Virus record (IMG/VR): IMGVR_UViG_3300020156_000022
Coordinates: 40,983-104,982 of that record
Strand: one strand, 5' to 3'
Origin: a virus
DNA: 64,000 bases
Positions 53,276-62,496 of this stretch are shown here, in pieces (position 1 is the stretch's first letter; the number at the start of each line of letters is the position of its first letter). The position numbers and the translations under genes were made by a program. The notes below the pieces were generated by a model. That model was not told the DNA's origin. It was given only the letters and a program-made list of their open reading frames with translations, and ran no database searches.

Positions 53276-54607
53276 TTAAATTACAGAAAGTTCATCCCAG
53301 CCACGCTCACCAGCAGCAAGGCCTACTACCATTCCTAGCATTCCTGGCTTAGACCAAACACCTGAAGAATCATAAAACCACTGACTTGACTTCTCAGCCT
53401 CAAGTGCAGGGCAACCAAAGAATGTACGCCCACGATCTTCGATGACATTAAAGTGGTGATAATGTGCTGTTACGAACAAAGAGGTATCAACAAGTTCTGA
53501 AGTTCTACCGAGAATTTGCTTCTCAATAGCATTCTTAGAACTTACTCCACCAGTCTTAGGCCCTGAGCCATTAGATACATGACCATGAGTGAAGTTAACC
53601 TTTACTCCTGAAAGTTCTAGGTTGGCATCTTGACGATCTGTAGCGATGTCCCACTTAATATCATCACCAACGCCTGTACCATCAAAAACTTTCTTTACAA
53701 GGCTCGCAACCATAGTAGAGGAGTTGTCATAGATACTAGTAAGGGCCTTGTTACTTCCAAAGCGCGTATGCTCACCATGATTTGACGGAACAGAAGCAAT
53801 ATTCATTCTCAAACCATCCTCTAGTAGAGTACGGATACTCCATGTACGCATATCGAAATCTAGAGTAATTTGATCAGAATAGTTCAATTCAATTTCATAA
53901 GGTTGAGAAGCATAATTACCTACTGCACCTTCGTGCTCATCTCCCATGAAGGCTAGAGCAATCTTTTCAATAGGATACCCAGCGTCAATTAAATGACGAA
54001 TTCTGAGATGGTGTCCGTTTATCCCGTTGGTCCAATTATTTAAAGCCTCCTGCGTTCCTGGCTTGCCTAATTGGGGGTCTGCAACCATAATCAGATAGCT
54101 TAGTCCAGAATTTTGAAAACTTCGTCCAGGAATGAACTCAAGATTTCGGAGATTGTCTCTCCAACCTTGGATATCCACTCGATCTTCGATCGGTGTTTCT
54201 TCTGGCGCTTTCTTTTGAATCCTAGCCGCATAACTATATCTGAATTCTCCTGGCTTGCCCCATGCCTTCATAGTAACAGGCTGAATAACTTCAAATACTT
54301 CAGGATCGAGACCCCAAAGCTTAATAGTATCTGTCCAGTCAGTAATTGGCTCATTAACTGTACCTGTTTTAATTACACCAGAATCACCAGTTAGTGAAAC
54401 ACTAGGTAATTCTCCGCCAGCCAATCGGCTAGGCTCATCTACAAGATTGTCAGCAGTACCTAGAAGGTATTCTCGGCCTGCATACTCGCGCCTACGACGC
54501 TTGAGTGTTTCAAGGTTGGATTCTGGGAAAGCCAGTAGCAAATCTTCATCTGTCATAGCAGCTAGAAGTTTAGCTACATTCTCTTCATTCCATTCAATCT
54601 TTGACAA
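53276..54607 (-). CDS. Calcineurin-like metallophosphoesterase/nuclease
   Basis: ADPQLG, GDEHEG, SNHGE, THGH, AHYHH motifs. Confidence 0.85.
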   Translation of the reverse strand: MSKIEWNEENVAKLLAAMTDEDLLLAFPESNLETLKRRRREYAGREYLLGTADNLVDEPSRLAGGELPSVSLTGDSGVIKTGTVNEPITDWTDTIKLWGLDPEVFEVIQPVTMKAWGKPGEFRYSYAARIQKKAPEETPIEDRVDIQGWRDNLRNLEFIPGRSFQNSGLSYLIMVADPQLGKPGTQEALNNWTNGINGHHLRIRHLIDAGYPIEKIALAFMGDEHEGAVGNYASQPYEIELNYSDQITLDFDMRTWSIRTLLEDGLRMNIASVPSNHGEHTRFGSNKALTSIYDNSSTMVASLVKKVFDGTGVGDDIKWDIATDRQDANLELSGVKVNFTHGHVSNGSGPKTGGVSSKNAIEKQILGRTSELVDTSLFVTAHYHHFNVIEDRGRTFFGCPALEAEKSSQWFYDSSGVWSKPGMLGMVVGLAAGERGWDELSVI

Positions 54608-54683
54608 AATGTTTTATCCTTAAGTTTATGTGCTCACGATCACTGAGCGTCTGGTTCCATTATACCATGAGGATCAGCGATGT

Positions 54684-55451
54684 CTACCAGTTGCCTTCAC
54701 CTGGGTAGTCTTGCAATGGTCGAAGGTCAACATAATGTGCCATGACTTGAGAAAGTTTTGGCTTCATTTCTATCTTACCAAGCATAGTATTACAATGCCA
54801 GCACAGCAAGTGGCGCACACAATTACCACAAGAAGTCTTACCTGAGCAGCATCTATGGTCATGATCTACAGAGAGATTCATGATATTCCCTGTGCGTCCG
54901 TCAATTCTTGATTCTTGCTCGCCACACAAAAAACATACACCATTTTGTATGCTAAGCAACCAACTAAACTGATCAAACGTAATATTAAAATTCTTCTTCA
55001 ATTTAAAGAGTTTATTATTAACACTGAGTTTTTCCTTGTTAGCTGCGACATATTTTGCAGTGGAGGCTAGACGCCGTTCCGCTCGTTCTTCTTCGTCAAG
55101 AGCACGAGGTTTATCAGTTTGCGCATTCATACGTTCCCGTCTAGCAAGATGTCTACAAACTTTGCAACGAGGATCTTTACCGCAAGGAGTCTCTTTATTG
55201 TTGGGAAATTCCTCAATAAGCTTCATCTTATTGCAGCCAGTACAACGATGCTGAATCCCATCACAATCAAGCATTGCATGACGTGGAGTAGATTTAGGCT
55301 TCCAATCAGGACCACGCGCTTTGGCGCGAAGCCTTGCCATTTTAGTGTTATTGTACTCACGCATGCAAGGAGTACACTTAAAATTTACATTGCCCCATTT
55401 TTTCTCCGTACCTTCGGCTATAGCCTCTTTGCAGGTAACACAAGTATACAA
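54684..55451 (-). CDS. Endonuclease VII-type homing endonuclease
   Basis: Multiple CxxC, QNGVCFLC, LSVDHDH, VRHLLCWHCN; own promoter TTGACA-18-TAAAAT at 55502-55531. Confidence 0.88.
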   Translation of the reverse strand: MYTCVTCKEAIAEGTEKKWGNVNFKCTPCMREYNNTKMARLRAKARGPDWKPKSTPRHAMLDCDGIQHRCTGCNKMKLIEEFPNNKETPCGKDPRCKVCRHLARRERMNAQTDKPRALDEEERAERRLASTAKYVAANKEKLSVNNKLFKLKKNFNITFDQFSWLLSIQNGVCFLCGEQESRIDGRTGNIMNLSVDHDHRCCSGKTSCGNCVRHLLCWHCNTMLGKIEMKPKLSQVMAHYVDLRPLQDYPGEGNW

Positions 55452-55554
55452 TTCAACTCCAAATAAAATAGACTAGCACCCCATTTACGAGGCACTAGTC
55501 TATTTTAGCAGTTCAGAGGCTGTATTGTCAACTGGGCTGAACAGTTAGTTTACT

Positions 55555-56553
55555 TTAGGGAATGAGGTCGGCAATAACAAATTGCTCTGGACGAGTCACA
55601 ATTGGTAGGAAGTTGTACTCAATCAAGATCTGGCGACCTGATGGGTCAGGTTCAGTCCAGCTCTTGGAGAAACGACCAATAAAGTTCTGTGGAGCTGAGA
55701 AGTCAGCAGTTGGTCCTTCGACAAGTTCTACTGGACGGTTAGCGTCAAAGTTACCCAGGATAAGAGTATCATCAGCTAGGTAACCAACTTCGTCACCGTT
55801 ATCAGTCTCATATACGTGCTCTACAGGAGTCCAGTCCATTCCTAGGAATCCTGGAATAGTTCCTGTGCTAAAGTACTGGTCACGCATTCTATCTGATAGA
55901 AGGTATCCAGCGTCAGCGCCATTAGCTACGAATGAGTGAATAATACGATCTAGAGTAGCCTGAGTAGCGTAAGCACGATTAGCTGCTACACGACCGTGGT
56001 TAAGAACAAGCTTCTTCCATGCGGTGATCATTTCTACAATCTGCACAGGAGTAGCAGTTGCCCATGAAGTTGCAGCAGTTACCTTATGATCTGCTGGGAA
56101 CTTGTAATCTACACTAGCCTGTACATCTGGGAAGTCAAGTACTAGATTTCCACCTAGGGCTTTCCACAAAGTGTACTCTACGAAAGCATCAATGCGAGCA
56201 TTTAAGTCTTGTAGCTCGCGAACAATTTCACGCTCAGCATTAATACGGCCACTAACGGTTCCAGCTTCACGAAGCCACATAAGAGTAGTAGGTTCGAAAA
56301 CCTTCTTCTCACGTACGTATAGTAGGCTAGCAGATGCCTGCTCGCGTCCTAGACGACCTACAATGTGGGCTTCAGAGTTAGGAACGTTTGGCTTTGCCAT
56401 CATACGGCTACCACGAATAATATCCCAAGTAAATGTCTGGGTTGGTACCTGGCGCTTTGGTGTTCCGTTCATCAGAATCATATTCTGAGATAGGGGCAGC
56501 TTTTCTACAACGCCCAACAGAACCAAAGGCTCTAATAGACTAAGATCTGGCAC
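55555..56553 (-). CDS. Major capsid protein (lambda gpE-like; start VPDLSLLEP)
   Basis: Size, position, VDYKFP and KSWTEPDPSG..I motifs; AAGGAG SD. Confidence 0.88.
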   Translation of the reverse strand: MPDLSLLEPLVLLGVVEKLPLSQNMILMNGTPKRQVPTQTFTWDIIRGSRMMAKPNVPNSEAHIVGRLGREQASASLLYVREKKVFEPTTLMWLREAGTVSGRINAEREIVRELQDLNARIDAFVEYTLWKALGGNLVLDFPDVQASVDYKFPADHKVTAATSWATATPVQIVEMITAWKKLVLNHGRVAANRAYATQATLDRIIHSFVANGADAGYLLSDRMRDQYFSTGTIPGFLGMDWTPVEHVYETDNGDEVGYLADDTLILGNFDANRPVELVEGPTADFSAPQNFIGRFSKSWTEPDPSGRQILIEYNFLPIVTRPEQFVIADLIP

Positions 56554-56681
56554 AAGAGTCTCCTTAATAATTAGGGCGCACAAAATGCTGTCCCAAAAAA
56601 TTATCAGCGACCCCGTAAGGCCCGACCTGCACTGCCAAAAAGGCTCAACCAGTTGGTCTAACTATTGTCATTCTTTTCTAA

Positions 56682-56691
56682 TTATCGGCAG
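56682..56691 (-). promoter_or_regulatory. Late promoter motif CTGCCGATAA
   Basis: Exact GCCGATAA upstream of capsid gene. Confidence 0.7.
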
Positions 56692-56720
56692 TTCTTTTTC
56701 TGAACTGCTAAAGAAAGTTT

Positions 56721-57392
56721 TTAGAAGTTAAATTTTACTGCAACTCTCGGTCCCTGCCCCATTACTGGAGTAGATGTAAAGGTTCCAGGAGGTGCAGCAG
56801 TAACAGAATCTTGATACATAGCATTAAAATTTGTATTCATGTTTGGCGTTGCCCCAGAATCATTAATAAATTCATGAAAACCTGTTACTGATCTAAATAA
56901 TCCTGTAGTAGCTCCGGTGCCACCCTGATTAACAATTCCTATCCAGTACATTCCAGCGGTAAGATCTAGACTTGGTGCCCAAGTTTTAACACCAACTGTT
57001 GCTGCTACTGTACCCAGGTCAGCAACTAAGGTTCCAGGATTTGCGAATCCATTATCACGATATACGGCTGCTCTAACATTTCCAGCAGTTGTCCATGCTG
57101 TAGCAACTTCAATGGCTATCCCGCCTAGTTGGGCATATCTGTTAATAGAAAATGGTATAGTAAATAGCCTACCTGCGGTTGCGGTAGCTGTACTTGATGG
57201 ACCAACTTGAGTTTGATACCAACGACCTTGATAAAATCTGGTATATCTGACGCCCTCAGCAAAGGCTACTCCACTTCCATCAGCAGTAAGATATCTAGGC
57301 TGATCACGAGTAGAATCGTACCAAACTTCACCTTCTTGCCCTGTAATGTTTCCAGCAATAAATGGTAGTCTTAACTTATTTAACAATTTCAT
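56721..57392 (-). CDS. Virion structural protein (head fibre-associated)
   Basis: EGEVWYD, beta-rich, coupled to fibre gene. Confidence 0.6.
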   Translation of the reverse strand: MKLLNKLRLPFIAGNITGQEGEVWYDSTRDQPRYLTADGSGVAFAEGVRYTRFYQGRWYQTQVGPSSTATATAGRLFTIPFSINRYAQLGGIAIEVATAWTTAGNVRAAVYRDNGFANPGTLVADLGTVAATVGVKTWAPSLDLTAGMYWIGIVNQGGTGATTGLFRSVTGFHEFINDSGATPNMNTNFNAMYQDSVTAAPPGTFTSTPVMGQGPRVAVKFNF

Positions 57393-58336
57393 CAGGCGTG
57401 AACCACCACTCTATATGCTCCTGTTGCAGGAGCTGTGGCAAATGTCAAAGTTAAAGTATTAGCGTCTGTAGCTACAGCATCAACTTCAACAAATTCATAG
57501 GTAGTTGAATCATAAACAGCATAAGTAAGATCACGAGTACCGAGATTATGAGTAACTGCAATATTAGTAGCTGAAGCATTTCCAATAGTCTGAGAAAACT
57601 TACGAACAACTACGGAAGTATCAATTCCTACAGTATCAGCAGCAACAGATAAGCCTGTACCAGCACCGACAGCTAGTACACCAGAAGTTAAAGTAAGACC
57701 ATTTCCGGCTGCTGAAGCAGCTAAAGTAATACCAGACGCACCTACAGTAAGTCCTCCAGAGGCAACAACAGATACTCCTCCGGCTCCAACAGAAATACCT
57801 CCGTTAGTTGCAGGACTTACTGCAAAAGATGTTCCTGTTAAAGTAAGACCGTTACCTGCTGAATAGGAAACTCCTGCACCAGTCTGTGCCCAAGTAAGAG
57901 CAGTAGTTCCTAAATTAATTGGCCCATCGGTAGTCAACTGCCAAGTAGAGTTTCCTAGATTTGCAGAACCTTCAGATACAAATACTTGGGTTCCTGGTTT
58001 AACCTCTTCGCTAGAATCCGCATCTGCGGAACGAGTTAGGGCCGAGCCAGCTCCGTTGAAATCATAAATACCATTTTGACTAGCAGTTGATTGTGCAGCT
58101 AGCAAAACTCGATCACCATTGCTTAAAGTTACACCGTCAATAGCTGAGCCAGGAGAAGCTAATGAAATATTACTGGTAGCTACTACACGTACAGCTTCTT
58201 TTCTAGAGGTTACCCCTGCAATTAATCTACGAGCTGACTGTAAGTTAACGGCATCAGTATCAGCCTGCGGGTCAGCTACCGCAATCAAACGCTGATTACC
58301 AAAATTCTTTCCTGTACCCAAGTACTTGGTTGTCAT
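57392..58336 (-). CDS. Head/tail fibre-like protein
   Basis: IDGVTLSNGDRVLLAAQSTASQNGIY, AGNGLT repeats, VTHNLGT. Confidence 0.75.
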   Translation of the reverse strand: MTTKYLGTGKNFGNQRLIAVADPQADTDAVNLQSARRLIAGVTSRKEAVRVVATSNISLASPGSAIDGVTLSNGDRVLLAAQSTASQNGIYDFNGAGSALTRSADADSSEEVKPGTQVFVSEGSANLGNSTWQLTTDGPINLGTTALTWAQTGAGVSYSAGNGLTLTGTSFAVSPATNGGISVGAGGVSVVASGGLTVGASGITLAASAAGNGLTLTSGVLAVGAGTGLSVAADTVGIDTSVVVRKFSQTIGNASATNIAVTHNLGTRDLTYAVYDSTTYEFVEVDAVATDANTLTLTFATAPATGAYRVVVHA

Positions 58337-58671
58337 ACTAATACCGCCTTACCCGATGTTGGAAGTGCAAAAACAACAGTTATTTGATTAAGGCTATTAT
58401 AAAAAATATCTGCCTCGAAAAGGTTGCCCTCATCATCAATCAAAGTAACTTGAGGATACTTATTAAGATTATGTTCTATAATCCATGCGGCGGAAGGTAC
58501 TTCTTTTCTATCATATACCATATAAGGTGAAGAGGACCCCGCAGTAGGATTTGCAGCAAAATAATTAATTAAGTTTCTAGCTATTTGCTCATCAGAAACT
58601 CTTACATTTCTAATCATTGTCATTAAACGTGTCTGAACAAGATTTGATGATGAAGAAGTTACTTGCTCCAT
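58333..58671 (-). CDS. Virion structural protein
   Basis: WIIEHNLNKYPQVT..SGKAVL motif. Confidence 0.65.
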   Translation of the reverse strand: MEQVTSSSSNLVQTRLMTMIRNVRVSDEQIARNLINYFAANPTAGSSSPYMVYDRKEVPSAAWIIEHNLNKYPQVTLIDDEGNLFEADIFYNSLNQITVVFALPTSGKAVLV

Positions 58672-58710
58672 TCTTAATCGCCTCCTATCTGTTATTAGCT
58701 ATCGACAGAA

Positions 58711-58736
58711 AAAGGGACTGCAATTGCAGTCCCTTT
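58711..58736 (-). terminator. Intrinsic terminator
   Basis: AAAGGGACTGCAATTGCAGTCCCTTT palindrome plus T run. Confidence 0.8.
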
Positions 58737-58751
58737 AACCAAAAAGCAAAC

Positions 58752-59144
58752 TCAGAAAATGAATGTACCCATAGCTGCGCTGGTACGAGCATTCAGAGAA
58801 GTAATAGCATTAGAATCTGCACCAGAAACTAGAGCTAGTTTTAGTGCACCACTGATAACAATATTACCCTGCTGCTCGCCGGTATTAGTGTTAACAGCAC
58901 GACGTAGAATACCTACTGGAGTACCAAGTCCATTAGCGCCACCATTAGTGTAAACATAGTAACGCTTATTGCTAGAATGCTGAGCAAGTACAGTACCTGC
59001 TGGAAGAATCCCCTGGTTAGCTGCGAGAGTTACACCCTTCTGACGAAGACCTACAGCAGAGTAAAGAATCTCTGTAGGAGCATAAGAATGGGTAGGGCTC
59101 ACAAAGCCAGGTGAAGGAATCTTCTCAAAAGAATCATTCGCCAT
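58752..59144 (-). CDS. Head decoration protein
   Basis: GVTLAANQGILPAGTVLA..PVGIL; follows protease/scaffold. Confidence 0.75.
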   Translation of the reverse strand: MANDSFEKIPSPGFVSPTHSYAPTEILYSAVGLRQKGVTLAANQGILPAGTVLAQHSSNKRYYVYTNGGANGLGTPVGILRRAVNTNTGEQQGNIVISGALKLALVSGADSNAITSLNARTSAAMGTFIF

Positions 59145-59175
59145 TAGTAATCAACCTTTCCTTTAATTCAATTCC

Positions 59176-60327
59176 TTAGACAGTGCGACTAAACTGGGCT
59201 AGACGCTCAATTTCAGCGGTTACATCTGTCTCTTCTACCTTATTCTCGTTAGCCTCGACAGAGGTTCCTACTTCCTTGCCACTTAGATTAACTAGAGGCT
59301 CAGAAGGTACTAACTTTTCATACAGACTCTTATTTGTCATGTAAAGCTCAGTCATAGGACCTTCATTTGCTGGCTCAATAAAACCATCACGAATCTTGGT
59401 CTTAACTTCGAACTTAGCTTCATTCTCAAGACTATTCTTTTCAAGCTTCTCAATACGATTTGAAAGCTCTACATTATCCTTGGCAAGTTCAACAACTGCT
59501 CCAACAACCTGCTCAACATTCTCAGCAGCATTATCATTGGATAGCTTTACTACGCCTAGGTCAGTCAAAGTAGCAACTAGCTTGTTTGAAAGCTCAGCCG
59601 CAGGATCAGTATCCTGTGGCTTGGTTGCCTCGGCCTGAAGAGCATCAACGTCAATGCCGTGCTCATTCTTTAGAGCCGCAATTAGCTCTTCCTTAGTCAT
59701 TGTCTTGTGCTCCTCTACCTCTGGTTCTTCTGCGGAACCGGTATTGTCAATTTCTTCTACAGCCGGTTCAGTTAGAAGAACCGCTTCATCTGAATTATCG
59801 GCTGATGCCTTAACAATTTCTTCGTAATCCTCTAAATTAGTAATGTAGGGACGATTAGTCACAGCTACATGACATAAAGTAGGGCCAGCCCTCTTGCCGG
59901 TGGAAGTATCAGTATAATCCAAGGACAACATGGCAGAAGCACCAATGTAAGTCTTATTCTTAAACTTTTCAACAGCCTTAGGATCACGTGCATCAATAAC
60001 AGCATAAACTTTATTGTTCTTGACTTCGATATCAACTACTTCGCCGACATTTCTGTCTGGGTTTTCCACATGCTGATTTGAATCGTTGGCAAGAGGTACT
60101 TGAACAATGTCACATACCTTATTGTCGAAGTTCATCTTCAACTTAGTTACGAAAGCATCGTCAATCTTAATACGTGCACCAGTAGCAGGATGAATCAAAT
60201 CGCCCTTATTAAGAATATGCTTCCTGAACAAGGTGCCGCTACTTTTGCGAGATAACTCAACATTAGCTTCTGACATTTCATCATAAGCTGTGCCATCCTT
60301 GCTCGGAATAATAACAAAATCATTCAC
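59176..60327 (-). CDS. Capsid maturation protease/scaffold
   Basis: IGASA..GPTLCHVAVTNRPYI, acidic coiled-coil C-terminus. Confidence 0.85.
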   Translation of the reverse strand: MNDFVIIPSKDGTAYDEMSEANVELSRKSSGTLFRKHILNKGDLIHPATGARIKIDDAFVTKLKMNFDNKVCDIVQVPLANDSNQHVENPDRNVGEVVDIEVKNNKVYAVIDARDPKAVEKFKNKTYIGASAMLSLDYTDTSTGKRAGPTLCHVAVTNRPYITNLEDYEEIVKASADNSDEAVLLTEPAVEEIDNTGSAEEPEVEEHKTMTKEELIAALKNEHGIDVDALQAEATKPQDTDPAAELSNKLVATLTDLGVVKLSNDNAAENVEQVVGAVVELAKDNVELSNRIEKLEKNSLENEAKFEVKTKIRDGFIEPANEGPMTELYMTNKSLYEKLVPSEPLVNLSGKEVGTSVEANENKVEETDVTAEIERLAQFSRTV

Positions 60328-60358
60328 TATAAACCTCCATTATGCCAACATTAATCTA

Positions 60359-60367
60359 GATCGGCAG
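60359..60367 (-). promoter_or_regulatory. Late promoter motif CTGCCGATC
   Basis: GCCGAT motif upstream of protease gene. Confidence 0.6.
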
Positions 60368-60370
60368 AAT

Positions 60371-60655
60371 TTAAATTTCCCCCAAAAAAGTTGACATGCC
60401 TGCATCCCAATGGGTAAGGAATGCTTTCTCGGTCAACCTCTTGCTTAGCTGTCCGTGCTTATTCTGGTAATAAGTTTGCCCATCAATACCTACTACAAGA
60501 AATGCTTTTGCATATCCCTTAGCTCTACCGTAACGGCCGGGCTTCAATGTCTTTCCTGCGAACTTTACAAACTCAGGCTCCTTGGCCTCAAAGATTATTT
60601 CTTTTTCACCAAGTTCCACCAGAGCATTACGTAAGTCTAGTGTGAACTGATTCAT
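60371..60655 (-). CDS. Hypothetical protein (start MNQFTL)
   Basis: ATGA overlap with portal stop, GGAGG SD. Confidence 0.65.
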   Translation of the reverse strand: MNQFTLDLRNALVELGEKEIIFEAKEPEFVKFAGKTLKPGRYGRAKGYAKAFLVVGIDGQTYYQNKHGQLSKRLTEKAFLTHWDAGMSTFLGEI

Positions 60656-62451
60656 TTCTTTTCGCCTCCTGCTGCATTGGTTCCCCAACCTTTCTTCTGG
60701 AATGCTCTCCAGTCAAATTCTCTTCGCAAAGATTTAGTTCCGTCGGGGAATTGGAACTGAACTGTACCATCAGCATAAACCAGAAGTTTAATTCCTTTAG
60801 CTTTAGGGTTAGAGAGAATACGTAATACTCCTGCTCCACTTTCAACAGGCTTTCCTGCCCGTACTGGCTGCTTATCACCATGTACACGAGGGTCTGAAGA
60901 TTTCTGAATAGTGCCTTCAGCAGGTGCAGGAGCCTTACTACGCTTTTGCCCTGTACCTTTCTTTACACTTTGGCCTAATGGAGTACCTATTGGTAAGCCA
61001 TAACGACGAACACCTTCTTGAGAATTAACTTTTCGCTCAGCCAATTCAATCATTCCAAAATCTTGTGCGTGTGCTAAGGTAAAACCCTCTGGCAGTAAAT
61101 CAGTTGGAATAGTATTTTCAGGAGATGGCTGACCCTCCGGAGACAATTCGCCGCCCGCATCTACAGCCTCAGCAGTTTCGGCAGCTTCCTCTTCCTGCTC
61201 AATAGTCTCATAATCAATTTCGAGTCCAAACTGATCAGACATTTTCTTCTCTAACTCACGGAAGAATTCTGAAGTAAAGTTGCCACCTTGAATTCCAGCA
61301 AGACTAGTAAATACATCCTGAATCGCGGACTTGTCATCATCAGTGAACGGACCCCAATGAAATTCAGGATATTTGCCTGAATTGAAGTTCCAATCAATAA
61401 AACGAGGAATGATGTAATGATTAATAATAGAAGCAATTTCTGTCATTATAGTTTGGAGCATCATTACGAACAATGAATCAGTTTGCTTACCAAAATCTAC
61501 TAAGGATGCGTCCCCACCGGTACCTTGATTCTCGTCAAAGAATGCAGCAAGAATAGACTTGGACATTTGGGAATTATGGTGGTTGATGTATGAAAGGAAG
61601 TCAAACGAACCACCCTCTTTAAGGAGTTCTACCAAATACCCTTCAGGTTTAGTCATCCACTGAGCTACACCAAGATCTGCTAATCCCATACGGAAAGCAG
61701 TAAGTTCATCTGTTGAGTGATCTTCTGGAACTGTACCTACGCGAGTACCTACCGCTGATCTTTGTGCTGCTAGGTGCATAAGATAATAAAGCTTTACCTT
61801 CTTGTCATAATGATAAAACGCACTTTCGAAATAGCTAAGTCCGTAGAAACGGTTTTCCTCCTCTTGTGCGGCATAATATACACAAGCATCTCTAGGAATC
61901 TTAACATCAAGGATATTGCCGCCTGGCTTTTGAGTAACTTGTCTAAAACCATCAAAGCTTCCATCCTCAGTTACCAAGAACCTCACAGTATTAGCGGGAA
62001 GGTAATTTAGCTTCTTTAAGATCCACTTTCCTTTTAGTGGCCCCTTTTTGGCATAGTCATAGACCATTTCGAAAGGGGCGAAGCCATCAAAAATTGCTTG
62101 AAGCATTTGTGCGATTACGCGAGTAAAAGGAACACTCATACCTCCAACATTAGGAGGCAAATTAAAAAGCTGATCAATAAATGCTGCTTCGTCTTCCCCA
62201 CCTTCAACATTAGTAGCGGGTACAAAAGTAGCAGTCTGAAGTGCTGCACGAATAGGCAGCGTAATAAGACGATACAAAGCCCTTGCTTGTCCGTCTGTTC
62301 GTCTCATTCTCGCAAGCTGATCTAGTGTTACATCAGAATGCTTTGAAACTAAGTGTGAACCTTTATATGGTTCCGTAAAAGGCATGAAATCACTAAAGCC
62401 ACGCTCAATTAAGGGGCGTGGCTTAGGGGTTGCCATATCATCTCTAGCCAT
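60652..62451 (-). CDS. Portal protein (DUF935/Mu gp29-like) with C-terminal extension
   Basis: FDGFAPFEMVY, YGLSYF, INHHNSQMSKSIL, IPRFIDWNF; follows terminase. Confidence 0.88.
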   Translation of the reverse strand: MARDDMATPKPRPLIERGFSDFMPFTEPYKGSHLVSKHSDVTLDQLARMRRTDGQARALYRLITLPIRAALQTATFVPATNVEGGEDEAAFIDQLFNLPPNVGGMSVPFTRVIAQMLQAIFDGFAPFEMVYDYAKKGPLKGKWILKKLNYLPANTVRFLVTEDGSFDGFRQVTQKPGGNILDVKIPRDACVYYAAQEEENRFYGLSYFESAFYHYDKKVKLYYLMHLAAQRSAVGTRVGTVPEDHSTDELTAFRMGLADLGVAQWMTKPEGYLVELLKEGGSFDFLSYINHHNSQMSKSILAAFFDENQGTGGDASLVDFGKQTDSLFVMMLQTIMTEIASIINHYIIPRFIDWNFNSGKYPEFHWGPFTDDDKSAIQDVFTSLAGIQGGNFTSEFFRELEKKMSDQFGLEIDYETIEQEEEAAETAEAVDAGGELSPEGQPSPENTIPTDLLPEGFTLAHAQDFGMIELAERKVNSQEGVRRYGLPIGTPLGQSVKKGTGQKRSKAPAPAEGTIQKSSDPRVHGDKQPVRAGKPVESGAGVLRILSNPKAKGIKLLVYADGTVQFQFPDGTKSLRREFDWRAFQKKGWGTNAAGGEKK

Positions 62452-62480
62452 TGAATCCTCCTGCCGACATCTTTTTTAAG

Positions 62481-62489
62481 TATCGGCAG
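62481..62489 (-). promoter_or_regulatory. Late promoter motif CTGCCGATA within SD-sequestering inverted repeat
   Basis: GAATCTCCTGCCGA...TCGGCAGGAGGATTC upstream of portal ATG. Confidence 0.65.
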
Positions 62490-62496
62490 GAGATTC

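Noticed and set aside
450-62325. All plus-strand ORFs in the six-frame track
   Set aside because: They are antisense shadows of convincing minus-strand genes or tRNAs, with no recognisable motifs
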